This document shows positions 36,130 to 45,591 of a stretch of 64,000 nt of DNA, one piece after another. The number at the start of each line of letters is the position of its first letter. Position 1 is the stretch's first letter. The position numbers and the translations under genes are program-made. This DNA comes from an uncultured Candidatus Saccharibacteria bacterium (GTDB lineage: Bacteria; Patescibacteriota; Minisyncoccia; Phycocordibacterales; JACOZG01): positions 1,371 through 65,370 of the forward strand of contig CAYHYA010000002.1 of the NCBI GenBank assembly GCA_964360815.1, read 5' to 3'. Below the pieces are notes generated by a model that was not told the DNA's origin, searched no databases, and worked only from the letters and a program-made list of their open reading frames with translations.

Positions 36130-38457
36130 TTATTGCCTCACAGCGCTGTATAAATCTCTCTGAAAATCAAAGAAAACCTCTCTAATGGTGTCGACTTCAC
36201 CGAGTGCGCTCACTGCATCAGCAATGGCGTGATACTTCAAATTCAAAAGAACAGGTAGCTTTTCCTCATCCAACTCCTCAACTCCTTTCTCCTCGTACTT
36301 CGCCAAAACGAAATCCAAAAACTCTTTCTGCTTGTCATTCAGCCCTTCAAATATCTTTCCTTTTGCCTGCTCCACACGCTCTACTCTTGAAATGGTCGGC
36401 CTCAAGAATGAAACATAATTCAAAACATCAAACAAATCGCTCTGTTCTGCGTCAATCATCTTCTGTAGCATCTCCAACTCGTCCTTGCCATATCCAATCA
36501 CGGCAATTTTTTCGAGGAACACTTTTCTCGTCACGGGATCAGACCATATCTTTCGCAACTCCTCCTCACTCTTAAAGAACTCAGGCATTGCTCCAAACAT
36601 GTTGTCCATAAACTCCTGCACTGATACGGGCTTGCCATCAGCACTCCAAAAAGACGTAGAGATCATGTGCTGAATCTCACGCTCCTTCCCATCACAAAGC
36701 TTGATCTTGAGCTTCCTCTTTGGCTCATCAGGTGTCTCTGGTGGAGGGTCTCCACCGGTTGTACCAGATGGATCTTTTGGCCCTGTAGGGGGTGTCTCTG
36801 TTGTCTCGTCTATGGGGTCGCCATCCCATTCAGGGTCAGCAAAGTGGTGATAAGCATCTACAAAGTCATAGATAGTGAAGTATTCTTTACCATCAAAAAG
36901 TCGTGTGCCACGTCCGATAATCTGCTTGAACTCGATCATCGAATTCACGGGACGCATCAGCACGATATTGCGTACATTCCTCGCGTCAACGCCGGTAGAG
37001 AGCTTCTGTGATGTAGTCAAAACAGTTGGGATAGTTTTTTCATTATCCTGAAACTCACGCAAATATTGTTCCCCTCGAGCACCATCATTGGCCGTCACTC
37101 GAGCGCAGTAGTTGGGCTCTTTGCTTATCTTGTATTGGTTGACCAAATCCCGCACTGCGAGCGCATGGTCTTGTGTCGCACAGAAAATAATAGTTTTCTC
37201 GTTTTGATTGATCTCGTCCATCACCACACGCACACGTTTTGCTTCACGCTCTTTAATAACAATTATTTTATTGAAGTCTGCTTCCTCATATATCTTGCCC
37301 TCCTCAACCTCTCCCTCGATAATCTGGTCGTCAGAAGTATAAATATAATCATCAAGAGTCGTCTTCACCCGTCTGATCTTAAATGGCGTAAGAAATCCAT
37401 CGTTTACACCCTCCTTAAGTGAGTAGACATAAACAGGTTCACCGAAATACTTGTAGGTGTCTACGTTATCTTTTCGCTTTGGAGTAGCCGTGAGACCGAG
37501 TTGCACAGCAGGAGAAAAGTATTCCAAAATCCCTCGCCAGTTGCCCTCATCATTCGCTCCACCACGATGACATTCGTCGATAACAACGAAATCAAAAAAG
37601 TCTGGTGGGTATTCTCCGAAATACGGTGTTCCATCCGGGCCACTCATGAAGGTCTGGAATATAGTAAAGAAAATACTTCCACCCATTGGCACGCCTCCTT
37701 TCTTTCGTATATCAAGCGGATTTATCCGCACTCTGGCATCATTCGGGAAGATCGAGAAATCGTTACCAAAAGCTTGATCAGCGAGAATGTTTCTATCGGC
37801 CAAGAAAAGAATGCGTGGTCTCCTTGTGCCATCTCGCTTGAGATTCCATCGTGCTTGAAATAGTTTCCATGCAATCTGCGCCGCCACAGCGGTCTTGCCG
37901 GTGCCTGTTGCCATAGTAATCAATATCCGTGACTTTTCTTCGGCAATGGCATCCAGTGCGTTATTGATTGCTAACTCTTGGTAGTAACGCATACTTTTAC
38001 CCCCCTCTGTAGGAATACTCGCAAACTTTTCTTTCCATTCGTTTTGACCTGCCTGTCCGGTAGGCAGGTCTGAATAGGTCTTATTCCACAACTCGTCAGG
38101 TGTAGGGAATTTATCTATCGGTCCCTCCTGTCCGGATTTCATTGAGATCTGATAAATTTCTTTGCCATTGGTGGAGTAGGTGTAGTTGATACGAAGCTTT
38201 TCAGCATACGACTTGGCCTGTACTACGCCTTCAGTTGCCGGTAACTCCGCCTGCTTTGCTTCAATGACAGCGATCTTGCGGTTCTTATAGACGAGAACGT
38301 AGTCAGCAATTTCCGGCTTGCTTCGTTTACCACCCACCTGAATTTTTCCATCTGTTATGCGAAACTCACGAAGGACTCGTGATCCCTCTACGTCGCCCCA
38401 TCCGCTCGCTTTGAGCATGGGATCAACATATTCCGCGCGTGTTTCTGATTCGTTCAT
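36130..38457 (-). CDS. hsdR: Type I restriction enzyme R subunit (HsdR)
   Basis: N-terminal MNESETRAEYVDPMLKASGWG (HSDR_N nuclease domain), SF2 helicase motifs (TGTGKT, DECHRG), C-terminal domain; 775 aa. Confidence 0.88.
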   Translation of the reverse strand: MNESETRAEYVDPMLKASGWGDVEGSRVLREFRITDGKIQVGGKRSKPEIADYVLVYKNRKIAVIEAKQAELPATEGVVQAKSYAEKLRINYTYSTNGKEIYQISMKSGQEGPIDKFPTPDELWNKTYSDLPTGQAGQNEWKEKFASIPTEGGKSMRYYQELAINNALDAIAEEKSRILITMATGTGKTAVAAQIAWKLFQARWNLKRDGTRRPRILFLADRNILADQAFGNDFSIFPNDARVRINPLDIRKKGGVPMGGSIFFTIFQTFMSGPDGTPYFGEYPPDFFDFVVIDECHRGGANDEGNWRGILEYFSPAVQLGLTATPKRKDNVDTYKYFGEPVYVYSLKEGVNDGFLTPFKIRRVKTTLDDYIYTSDDQIIEGEVEEGKIYEEADFNKIIVIKEREAKRVRVVMDEINQNEKTIIFCATQDHALAVRDLVNQYKISKEPNYCARVTANDGARGEQYLREFQDNEKTIPTVLTTSQKLSTGVDARNVRNIVLMRPVNSMIEFKQIIGRGTRLFDGKEYFTIYDFVDAYHHFADPEWDGDPIDETTETPPTGPKDPSGTTGGDPPPETPDEPKRKLKIKLCDGKEREIQHMISTSFWSADGKPVSVQEFMDNMFGAMPEFFKSEEELRKIWSDPVTRKVFLEKIAVIGYGKDELEMLQKMIDAEQSDLFDVLNYVSFLRPTISRVERVEQAKGKIFEGLNDKQKEFLDFVLAKYEEKGVEELDEEKLPVLLNLKYHAIADAVSALGEVDTIREVFFDFQRDLYSAVRQ

Positions 38458-38462
38458 AATAA

Positions 38463-39446
38463 TTATTTTGAAATTAAATTCAAAATGAGCTTTATTATTT
38501 TTCCTTTGTGTTCAGGATTGCTTTCAGCGACCATTATTGTAAGTGCGGTTAAAGCGGACGGAGTAAGTTTATTAACATTTAAAATATTTGCTTCTCTTAA
38601 AAACCACACGAATGCGAAAGCCCCGCTTCTTTTATTACCATCAATAAATGGATGATTTTTGACCATAAAATATAAGAGATAAGCCGCTTTTTCTTCGGCT
38701 GTCGGATAAAGTTCCTTGCCACCAAATGTCTGCATCACATTACCAATAATCCCAGAGATATTCCCTGTATTTCTTTCTATGCCGAAAATATCTGTTGCTT
38801 CTGATTTTTCTAAAAGATTTTGTTTTAATTGAATAAGATTTTTAGTAATTCTTTCCATCGTCAATTCAACTTTTTTCTTTGTCAGTTTTCCTTTCGGCAA
38901 AAGCTCTTTGTCATACGCATCAAGTGAAAGCCATGTGTCAGCAAAAAGTGATACGAGTTCAACGGCGTCAGACACATTCACCGCCGACCCCGAGGGAAGA
39001 AGTTTCTTTATGTCGTCAACCACGCCCAAGAACTGCGTGTAATTTTTTGCAATGCGTTTACGATTTATAGTGAAGCCCTTTACGATATGTTCCCGAAGCG
39101 TTTTAGTAGCCCACTGGCGAAACAGAGTAGCGGTCTTACTGTTTACTCTATATCCAACCGAAAGGATCATATCCAGGTTATAGTGCTTAATTTCACGCTC
39201 AATTTTGCGTTTTCCCTCATTTTGAACTATCCGGAAATTCCGGATAGTTGCATTTTCTGAAAGTTCTCCCGTTTTAAAAATGTTTTGGATGTGTTCGTTT
39301 ATTGTCCTTACATCAACACTAAAGGCTGTGGCTATCTGCGCTTGAGTCGCCCATACTGTCTCACGTGAAGTATCTCCACGAAGCTCGATGGCTCCATTTT
39401 TTGCCTGATAGATAACAATACTATTTTGTTCTTGCTTTTTTCCCAC
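38463..39446 (-). CDS. RhuM-domain / Fic-DOC family protein embedded in the type I RM operon
   Basis: N-terminal RhuM-like region. C-terminal HPFIDGNKRSGAFAF is the Fic motif HPFx[DE]GN[GK]R. Confidence 0.7.
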   Translation of the reverse strand: MGKKQEQNSIVIYQAKNGAIELRGDTSRETVWATQAQIATAFSVDVRTINEHIQNIFKTGELSENATIRNFRIVQNEGKRKIEREIKHYNLDMILSVGYRVNSKTATLFRQWATKTLREHIVKGFTINRKRIAKNYTQFLGVVDDIKKLLPSGSAVNVSDAVELVSLFADTWLSLDAYDKELLPKGKLTKKKVELTMERITKNLIQLKQNLLEKSEATDIFGIERNTGNISGIIGNVMQTFGGKELYPTAEEKAAYLLYFMVKNHPFIDGNKRSGAFAFVWFLREANILNVNKLTPSALTALTIMVAESNPEHKGKIIKLILNLISK

Positions 39447-39464
39447 AAAATTATTTATACCACA

Positions 39465-39995
39465 TTACAGCTCACCCGTAAATGCTTTGCTCAAGATCGA
39501 CTTCTTAAGTTCTTCCAAATCCGCCAGCTTCTGCTCGTATATTTCTTCTAGTTTTTTTGTTTCTGTTGAAAGGGCATCCAGCTTTTTCACAATCCGCTTT
39601 TGTTCGGATAGAATCGGAATATCGACCTCAATCGAATAGACCTCATTTCTATTCAATCCAGGCTTTACCCCTTTTGCTAATCTAGGTAGCTCCAGTGTTA
39701 TTAATAAGTCGTATAGAAATTTTAAATCGTATTTCCTTTCATCAAAGGTTACAAAATACGTGACATCAAGAGGCCAGAATTTTTCTTCCGTCAAATTTAA
39801 TTCGCCAGCGGAACCTTTACGACCAACTATTATGCTTGGCTTATTATAAAAATAGTCATTTGATCTTGTTTTCTCTCCATTGGCGCCATAGACAGGATAT
39901 TTTCCGCCCATGATTCGTTTTGATTTTGGTAATGGTTTCCCGTATTCCAACTTCAGAACATCACCAAGTTTTTTTGTTTGCCACTCAGTTTTCAT
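39465..39995 (-). CDS. hsdS: Type I restriction-modification specificity subunit, half-size (single target-recognition domain)
   Basis: MKTEWQTKKLGDVLKLEYGKPLPK typical HsdS TRD start, followed by a conserved coiled-coil region; about 176 aa. ORF-track start (40085) overlaps the OLD-like gene, so the internal ATG at 39995 was chosen. Confidence 0.7.
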   Translation of the reverse strand: MKTEWQTKKLGDVLKLEYGKPLPKSKRIMGGKYPVYGANGEKTRSNDYFYNKPSIIVGRKGSAGELNLTEEKFWPLDVTYFVTFDERKYDLKFLYDLLITLELPRLAKGVKPGLNRNEVYSIEVDIPILSEQKRIVKKLDALSTETKKLEEIYEQKLADLEELKKSILSKAFTGEL

Positions 39996-41781
39996 TGTTT
40001 TGTACCTCGTCGTTACTCTCATCGGCACAAAAATCTTCCAAAGTTTTAAATATTGGTTTAAAATTTTCGAAGGCTGATGGTCCAATTTTTATCGCTGCAT
40101 TTATTAACAGGTCTGTATCGCCTTTGGGGCAGATTTTCATTCCTCCTCCAGGAGTATTTTTTTCTTCAAAAAATTGTTCGAGACTGGTGACTCCATAAAA
40201 GAGGTGCTCCATCTCTAGTCTTGATTCACCCCCAAAATGATCTCCGGTCGCAGGGTTGATTACTTGCGCTTTTATTTTTGAATTATTTGATAATGGCAAT
40301 AATAATGCATAAAAATTACACTTCTTTTTTTTGAGAGTCAAACAGGTACCTATAGTATTTAACTTTTTTGTATAGTCATGATTAGTCAAACCATTCCATC
40401 TTTGAAAACCCTCTCCATCAAAATCAAATAATCCAAGAACGAATTGCTTTTCAAAAATCTCTGCATTTTCTAGTGCATAAGACACTCCTTGTGCATTGTT
40501 TTTCGCCTTTATTACGTAAGGATTAGATATACTTGGAAAAAGTAGCTTCCACGCTTCTTTTAGTACTCTTTCATCAGTTGGACCTTCAACGAACACAATC
40601 GGAGAATTTTCTAATTTTTTTAGATCTTCCAACTCCTGTGTTTGCTCATCTAGTTTTTTTATACTCAATGAGTAGTTTTTTTGAACCTCAAGAAATGATC
40701 CGTAGTTATAACCAAACACTTTTTCAAGATTGTTTGATTCGCTTATTTTATTAAAAATCGTATTCCCGGGTTTATCTTGATTTGAAATAAAAATAGAGTA
40801 GGCCTCGGGATTGTTTTGAGGGAATATGAAAGATGGTGAATGCGTAGAAAGAAAAATTTGTGCAGCTTTAGAATATTCGACAAATTTTACAAATAAATTA
40901 TCCGCTCTTAATGCTTCAAGCGCGTTCTCTGGCTCATCAATTCCCCAAATCCAATGATCGTCTTTTGCTTTCCTCGCCAACCAACCCAAAACTACTGGCA
41001 CAAAAAGACTTTTTATACCCTCGCCACGAGACGTGAATTTAATCTTATAGTCGTCTCTACTGCCACGAGTAATTGTCTCGGGCGTATCCTCAAACTGACT
41101 GTTAACTTCAAGACTTGACCAAAATGATTCCAAAGAAATGGGCAGAGTAACAGATGTATCCACTCCAGTAATATCCTGAAAATCCTTTGAAAAATCTTTT
41201 GTGGTCTTATCGATATTGGCATCGAGCTCGTCCTTTGCAGTAGTACTTAAAAACAACCCTTTGTTTCTGGCAGATAATTTCAAAATATATGAAAAAACCT
41301 CAGTACTCTTAAAAGCTGGAATATAAACAAATTTGATTGATTTCAGAAAAACAGAAAAAGATCTTTTTATTCCTTGGGAGGCTGTTCCTATATAATCGGG
41401 CTCTGTTTGTTCGTAGGTCTCAGTATAAGCCCACCACCTACGCTCAACCCATAAATCACCATTCTGATTGATGAGTTTTACAAGCTCATTCTTATTCCCC
41501 TTTATCTCATTTACATCAAAATAAATCTTGATGGATATAAACTGTCTTCCCTTTTTGCTCTCACGAGCTTTTACTTTCGATGACATTGAGAAATCATCAA
41601 AAAAGTTGAACTCCTCTAGAAACGAGGTCTGCCCATTGAAGAAGAGATTTAATGCTCTTAGGACATTTGATTTACCACTATCATTTTGGCCGCCGAATAT
41701 CACTATGTGATTCAGCTCTTCTATGGATTGATCAAAAATGGAGCGAAAATGCTTTATTTCAATTTTTTTAATTATTTTCAT
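39985..41781 (-). CDS. OLD-family (ABC-ATPase + Toprim) nuclease; alternatively GajA-like or fused PARIS AriA-AriB-like defense protein
   Basis: N-terminal Walker A FGGQNDSGKSNVLRAL of AAA_15/21 ABC ATPases. C-terminal Toprim signatures IVFVEGPTDERVL (invariant E) and LGLFDFDGEG (DxD). 598 aa, class 1 OLD size. ATGA start/stop overlap with hsdM. Confidence 0.55.
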   Translation of the reverse strand: MKIIKKIEIKHFRSIFDQSIEELNHIVIFGGQNDSGKSNVLRALNLFFNGQTSFLEEFNFFDDFSMSSKVKARESKKGRQFISIKIYFDVNEIKGNKNELVKLINQNGDLWVERRWWAYTETYEQTEPDYIGTASQGIKRSFSVFLKSIKFVYIPAFKSTEVFSYILKLSARNKGLFLSTTAKDELDANIDKTTKDFSKDFQDITGVDTSVTLPISLESFWSSLEVNSQFEDTPETITRGSRDDYKIKFTSRGEGIKSLFVPVVLGWLARKAKDDHWIWGIDEPENALEALRADNLFVKFVEYSKAAQIFLSTHSPSFIFPQNNPEAYSIFISNQDKPGNTIFNKISESNNLEKVFGYNYGSFLEVQKNYSLSIKKLDEQTQELEDLKKLENSPIVFVEGPTDERVLKEAWKLLFPSISNPYVIKAKNNAQGVSYALENAEIFEKQFVLGLFDFDGEGFQRWNGLTNHDYTKKLNTIGTCLTLKKKKCNFYALLLPLSNNSKIKAQVINPATGDHFGGESRLEMEHLFYGVTSLEQFFEEKNTPGGGMKICPKGDTDLLINAAIKIGPSAFENFKPIFKTLEDFCADESNDEVQNNEN

Positions 41782-43259
41782 AGCAATTTTTGAATACCAG
41801 TTAAACTGCTCTTGATTTCTGTATCAAGTTTTTGCATTTCGGAGATGATTTCTTCCGGTGTACGCAACGCAGTTTCATCCTTTTTGTTAGGATTCTTTAC
41901 TGATAAATCAAAAGTCTCTTGATCAACACTTGAGACATCAATACTCCATGAGTTATCACTCTCTGCTTTCGTCTTTTGTAGTTTTACGAATTCAGATAAG
42001 TCCGCCTCGTTCAGAGGATTACCTTTGCCTAGATTTCGACCAAGATTGAGCTGGTAGAACCACACCTTTTTTGTAGGTTTTCCTCCCGACGCTGCGGTCG
42101 GGACAGGTTTCTCAAAGAACAGCACCGCTGTCTTCACTCCTGCACCAGCAAACACTCCTCCAGGCAGATCGAGGACTGTGTGTAAATTACAACTCTCAAG
42201 AAGCAATTTGCGAAGACTTATCGAAGCATTGTCTGTGTTTGATAGAAATGTGTTCTTGATAACAATACCTGCTCTACCACCAGCCTTGAGAATCTTTATA
42301 AAGTGTTGAAGAAAAAGAAAAGCTGTCTCACCAGTCTTAATGGGAAAATTCTGCTGAATCTCTCGCCCTATGCCTGCTCCAAAAGGGGGGTTTGCCAAAA
42401 TTACGTTATAACGATCCTTTTCCTGAATGTCGTTGATGTTCTGTGCGAGCGTATCTGTGTGTCTGATGTTTGGCGCCTCAATACCATGTAGGATCATGTT
42501 CATTATGCCGATGATGTAGGCGAGGGATTTTATTTCCTTTCCGTAGAAAGTTTTATTCTGTAGTGTTGCCATTTGTGCCGATGACAGCTTGGCTTGATTT
42601 TGAGTAAGAAAATTATATGACTCCACTAAGAATCCTGCGGAGCCGCACGCGCCGTCATAGATCGTCTCGCCAATTGTCGGTGCTACCACTTTGACGATCG
42701 TTTTAATCAAAGGGCGTGGGGTGTAGTATTCGCCACCATTCCTGCCCGCATTTCCCATGTTCTTGATCTTGTTCTCATAGAGATGCGACAGCTCGTGCTT
42801 CTCCTCATACTTTCGGAAATGCATTGCGTCCACAACGTTCAGGATATCTCGAAGCTTGTAGCCACTGACTATTTTATTTTTTAGCTCGCTGAAGATCTCA
42901 CCGATTTTATATTCGATAGTGTTCGCATCCGCATCAGGATTCTTAAACTTCTTCAGATACGGAAATAACTTCTGATTCACGAAGTCATTCAGGTCGTCCT
43001 CAGTCATTGTTTTGTGGTGATCTATTTTTCCGTCTTTCCCTTTAGGGCACGCCCACGCATCCCAGCGGTATTGCGGATCAAGAATGTAATTGTATTTCTT
43101 GCCAGCAAGTTGAGCTTCAGTCTTCTTTATCTCATCCAAATCATCTAGATACTTCAAAAAAAGAATCCACGATGTCTGTTCTACATAATCTAGTTCCGTT
43201 GCTGAACCAGAATCTGTATGAAGAATGTTGTCTATATTTTTGAATGAGTTTTCAAACAT
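41778..43259 (-). CDS. hsdM: Type I restriction-modification N6-adenine DNA methyltransferase subunit (HsdM)
   Basis: HsdM N-terminal domain, AdoMet motif I (DGACGSAGFL), catalytic NPPFG motif IV; 493 aa. Confidence 0.88.
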   Translation of the reverse strand: MFENSFKNIDNILHTDSGSATELDYVEQTSWILFLKYLDDLDEIKKTEAQLAGKKYNYILDPQYRWDAWACPKGKDGKIDHHKTMTEDDLNDFVNQKLFPYLKKFKNPDADANTIEYKIGEIFSELKNKIVSGYKLRDILNVVDAMHFRKYEEKHELSHLYENKIKNMGNAGRNGGEYYTPRPLIKTIVKVVAPTIGETIYDGACGSAGFLVESYNFLTQNQAKLSSAQMATLQNKTFYGKEIKSLAYIIGIMNMILHGIEAPNIRHTDTLAQNINDIQEKDRYNVILANPPFGAGIGREIQQNFPIKTGETAFLFLQHFIKILKAGGRAGIVIKNTFLSNTDNASISLRKLLLESCNLHTVLDLPGGVFAGAGVKTAVLFFEKPVPTAASGGKPTKKVWFYQLNLGRNLGKGNPLNEADLSEFVKLQKTKAESDNSWSIDVSSVDQETFDLSVKNPNKKDETALRTPEEIISEMQKLDTEIKSSLTGIQKLL

Positions 43260-43302
43260 ATTAATTATCCACGACTTTCAGATTCCAATCTTCCAAACTC
43301 GA

Positions 43303-43331
43303 AGTATAGTGAGATTAACTCTTATTGTCAA
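43303..43331 (-). promoter_or_regulatory. Sigma70-type promoter for the hsdM operon (TTGACA-17-TATACT on minus strand)
   Basis: Seen in sequence: near-consensus hexamers with 17-nt spacer about 45 nt upstream of hsdM ATG. Confidence 0.55.
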
Positions 43332-43398
43332 ATAACCGTGAATTACGCTAAAAAATCTTGTTATTTCACGGTATATAATCCCCTTTTTAGTTTTTTCA

Positions 43399-44337
43399 TC
43401 ATGGTAAATACTTCACTCGATTTAATTTGTGACCGGCAAAATCGGTGGCGTAATGCATTTGACCATTTCGGTCGGAAAGATAAAACCAGTACGGCGTTTC
43501 AATAGGATTCAAGGCGGCCTCGATGGCCGCAAGTCCGGGATTGCCTATCGGCCCAATCGGTAAGCCGCGATAGCGATAGGTGTTGTAGGGCGAAGAAGTA
43601 GCCAGGTCTTTCAAACTAACTTCAAAAGTGTTTTTACCAATGATGTACGGGAAAACGGCGTCAACCTGAAGGGGCATACCGGCGTCTAGCCGCTTCCACA
43701 AAATGCCAGCGATCGTTTGCCGCACCTCGCTTGTGGCGGCCTCTTTTTCAAGCAGAGAGGCCATAATGATAATCTGTTCAAGAGTTCGACCAGAGTCGGC
43801 AATCACCGGCGCCAAATGTTTGGTCGAATTTTTAAAGTTTTTCTGTAAACGTTCGAGGATCTTCTCTGGCGACAAGGTTGGAAGAAAAAAATAAGTATCC
43901 GGAAAAAGATAGCCCTCGTTTTCTTCACCGAGAACGATGAAATTCACCAAATCAAAGTTCGGTATTGCTTGAGCGATAAGCTGGGCCATTTCTCGAACAG
44001 TTATTCCCTCCGGCAAGGTCACCTTGACCAACGACTGTCCGTAGTGACCACGAGTTAGGCGGCCGGCCAATCGCCAAACGTTAATCGGTCGGTCGAAAAA
44101 ATAGTCACCCGCCACAACAACATCCTCTCGACCGAATTCGAGCGCCAAAGCCAAACGGAAAATGGTTGGCCACTTGATTAAATTATCGTTGGCCAAAAGT
44201 TTTGCCACCGCCATCACCGACTGGCCGTCAGCAATGCTAAAAATTTTTCCGGTCGGAAACTTGGTCGGCGGAGCCGATAAACCAATCCCGAGAACCAGCA
44301 CCGCCGAAATTAAATAAATCAATCGCCGTCGGTTCAT
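43399..44337 (-). CDS. mltG: Endolytic murein transglycosylase MltG (YceG family)
   Basis: N-terminal TM, YceG-like domain with SSPYNTYRYRGLPIGPIGNPG signature. Confidence 0.85.
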   Translation of the reverse strand: MNRRRLIYLISAVLVLGIGLSAPPTKFPTGKIFSIADGQSVMAVAKLLANDNLIKWPTIFRLALALEFGREDVVVAGDYFFDRPINVWRLAGRLTRGHYGQSLVKVTLPEGITVREMAQLIAQAIPNFDLVNFIVLGEENEGYLFPDTYFFLPTLSPEKILERLQKNFKNSTKHLAPVIADSGRTLEQIIIMASLLEKEAATSEVRQTIAGILWKRLDAGMPLQVDAVFPYIIGKNTFEVSLKDLATSSPYNTYRYRGLPIGPIGNPGLAAIEAALNPIETPYWFYLSDRNGQMHYATDFAGHKLNRVKYLP

Positions 44338-44342
44338 TTAAA

Positions 44343-45584
44343 CTAAATTGGCAAATCAATTGGCGGCTCCGCCTTTTTGGATTCGATTTTCTTTAACGTC
44401 GGGGTGGTTGCGACCTGGCCGGGGAAGTGGTAAATCGTGGCCAGTTCTTCAGCATTTAAAACAAAAGGTTTGCGCGCGTGGGGTGGGTGGAACCACGAGC
44501 GACGGCGATAGGCGTCAAACATTTTCCGTTTCGCCCATTCCAGCCGATGGCCACGGAAATCTTGCCAGGGGTAATCGTAACCAGTTTTCTTGTTAATGGA
44601 AAAACCGTTTAGATGTAGTGAGCCGTATTGTTTAACACTGTTAATTAACCCCACCTGCCGCGCGGCGTCGTAAAAACCCTGTTTGGCCAAATAAATTACC
44701 CGTAGCCCGCAATCAAAACCAGTTTTGGAGACGCTTCGCTCGATGGCCTTAACCACTTCTTCTTCGCCGGGCGACAGACGTTCGGGGAATTTCCCCACCT
44801 CGGGCGGACGATCTCGCTTCATCAGTTCATTAACCAGTGTCGTCGCTTCGCCGCGCCAATCTTGTTTATCAAACCAGGTGCCCGGCTTTTTAAAGCGCTT
44901 GGTTGTAGACATAACTAAAATCTGGATCCAAGCTTGTTCGGAAGGACCAATCGAGCCAAGAAATTCGATCACCGGAGTAATCGGATCAATTTTATGTTCT
45001 TCTTTGGGGTTGTCTTCGAGTCCGTAGTCTACATAAGTTTTGATCGGGTAGGCGTCTGACTTACTTAACTTAAATTCTCCGCCCCACATCAACCACTCCG
45101 AACCCGAGGTGCCGTAGGGCGGGATTTCATTGACGTAATCTTCAACCTCATAAATTTCCACCTCGGGATATTGGGAGTAAACTTGCGTTTGAACCAGATT
45201 TTTAAAAAATTTTGGCACGCGGAGATAGAAATGGATATCCCCACCGAGCGAAACAATTTCAAGTGAAAACCATGAGCGCACAAAACCTTGAAAAATTTCG
45301 TTAATTTTATTACCGGCGTAGGTTTGATAAAAAACTCCGTTAACCACCTCCATCGCCCGTGGCGACTTGGTGATTTCTCGGGGAATCCGAACGTCGAGAA
45401 GCACCCACTGCATCTTTTTTATAAACTTGGCCCGCGTGTAGTAGCGCCACAAACGGGCGATAAAATAAAACAAAACTACCGGCGACCAATAGGGAGCCAG
45501 CTTGACCGTCATGGCGATGACTAGAAAAAAGGTCTGATTAGCAAATTTAGCCAGGGTGATCAGCACACCCTGATTATACACCAA
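44343..45584 (-). CDS. Hypothetical membrane-anchored protein
   Basis: N-terminal TM helices then about 330-aa soluble domain; no recognizable motif. Confidence 0.35.
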   Translation of the reverse strand: MVYNQGVLITLAKFANQTFFLVIAMTVKLAPYWSPVVLFYFIARLWRYYTRAKFIKKMQWVLLDVRIPREITKSPRAMEVVNGVFYQTYAGNKINEIFQGFVRSWFSLEIVSLGGDIHFYLRVPKFFKNLVQTQVYSQYPEVEIYEVEDYVNEIPPYGTSGSEWLMWGGEFKLSKSDAYPIKTYVDYGLEDNPKEEHKIDPITPVIEFLGSIGPSEQAWIQILVMSTTKRFKKPGTWFDKQDWRGEATTLVNELMKRDRPPEVGKFPERLSPGEEEVVKAIERSVSKTGFDCGLRVIYLAKQGFYDAARQVGLINSVKQYGSLHLNGFSINKKTGYDYPWQDFRGHRLEWAKRKMFDAYRRRSWFHPPHARKPFVLNAEELATIYHFPGQVATTPTLKKIESKKAEPPIDLPI

Positions 45585-45591
45585 GAAATGT

